Shown in pieces: positions 63,684 to 64,000 of a stretch of DNA of 64,000 nucleotides (the stretch's first letter is position 1; every line of letters begins with the position of its first letter). The notes under the pieces were generated by a model. It saw only the letters and a list, made by a program, of their open reading frames with translations, ran no database searches and had not been told where the DNA came from. The stretch covers positions 744,001 through 808,000 of the forward strand of contig JADEYG010000001.1 of assembly GCA_016906335.1 (NCBI GenBank), in the 5' to 3' direction. The stretch comes from Novakomyces olei. Lineage: Eukaryota. The translations under genes and the position numbers were made by a program.

Positions 63684-64000
63684 TCAACGGCAAAACTGGT
63701 TATTTAGCAACGTGATCAGCCGTGCAACATTAAATTGCACGTATTCCAGATCAATGCTTTGTACTCCATTCTTTTGCATTTCCAACAAATCATCGAGACT
63801 CAACTCCAGCTCGGCTAGTACCTGTTGCCGGCCACGGTAGTTGACAGCGATATTGTAAACGCCGGGGAGGGGAGATATAAAAGTAAAAACAACGTTTAAA
63901 CGCCGATTTTCCGGTACAGTAGACTCATGAATAACTCCCTCACGTTCCAGTTTCGCGTGGCCAAGTTTAAAGGGACCTTGTTGCCGGGTATCTGCAGGAC
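63684..64000 (-). CDS. gap1: Ras GTPase-activating protein (Gap1/Sar1-type), C-terminal end; runs off the window end
   Basis: Manual translation gives GPFKLGHAKLEREGVIHESTVPENRRLNVVFTFISPLPG...LDDLLEMQ...DLEYVQFNV..L..LLN. Confidence 0.88.
   Translation of the reverse strand, partial: PADTRQQGPFKLGHAKLEREGVIHESTVPENRRLNVVFTFISPLPGVYNIAVNYRGRQQVLAELELSLDDLLEMQKNGVQSIDLEYVQFNVARLITLLNNQFCR

Overview
Gene-dense, intron-rich fungal chromosome segment. It is most consistent with a Taphrinomycotina-type ascomycete: the Cdk1 closely resembles S. pombe Cdc2, introns are short GT/GC-AG with CTAAC/CTGAC branch points, and TTAGGG-type motifs occur in promoters. About 30 housekeeping genes can be recognised: RNF10/Mag2-like RING, LSM4, UBP3, ERG4, SPT16, a WW protein, CDC50, SWS1, CDK1, two MFS transporters, a mitochondrial carrier, a Zn2Cys6 TF, AMMECR1, a TPR-DnaJ, bL35m, RRP6, a Nab3-like protein, PTH4/ICT1, UTP6, CWH43, CSN4, DUF2434, SSSCA1, PMS1, Mis14/Nsl1 and a RasGAP C-terminus. 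Many intergenic regions are AT-rich or carry microsatellites. The most unusual region is a ~2.4 kb insert (10277-12663) flanked by ~0.85 kb direct duplications of host DNA. It carries an intronless, bacterial-looking SnoaL/PhzA-like gene, an internally deleted copy of that locus, decayed ORFs, and a hairpin followed by CTAG. Other notable items are a Lon protease gene ending just before its ATPase domain, a probable decayed Tc1/mariner transposase, GC-AG introns, 9- and 12-nt micro-exons, and a short inverted copy of RasGAP coding sequence that differs only at synonymous sites. All calls come from reading the sequence and recognising motifs; no searches were run, and exon boundaries are inferred.
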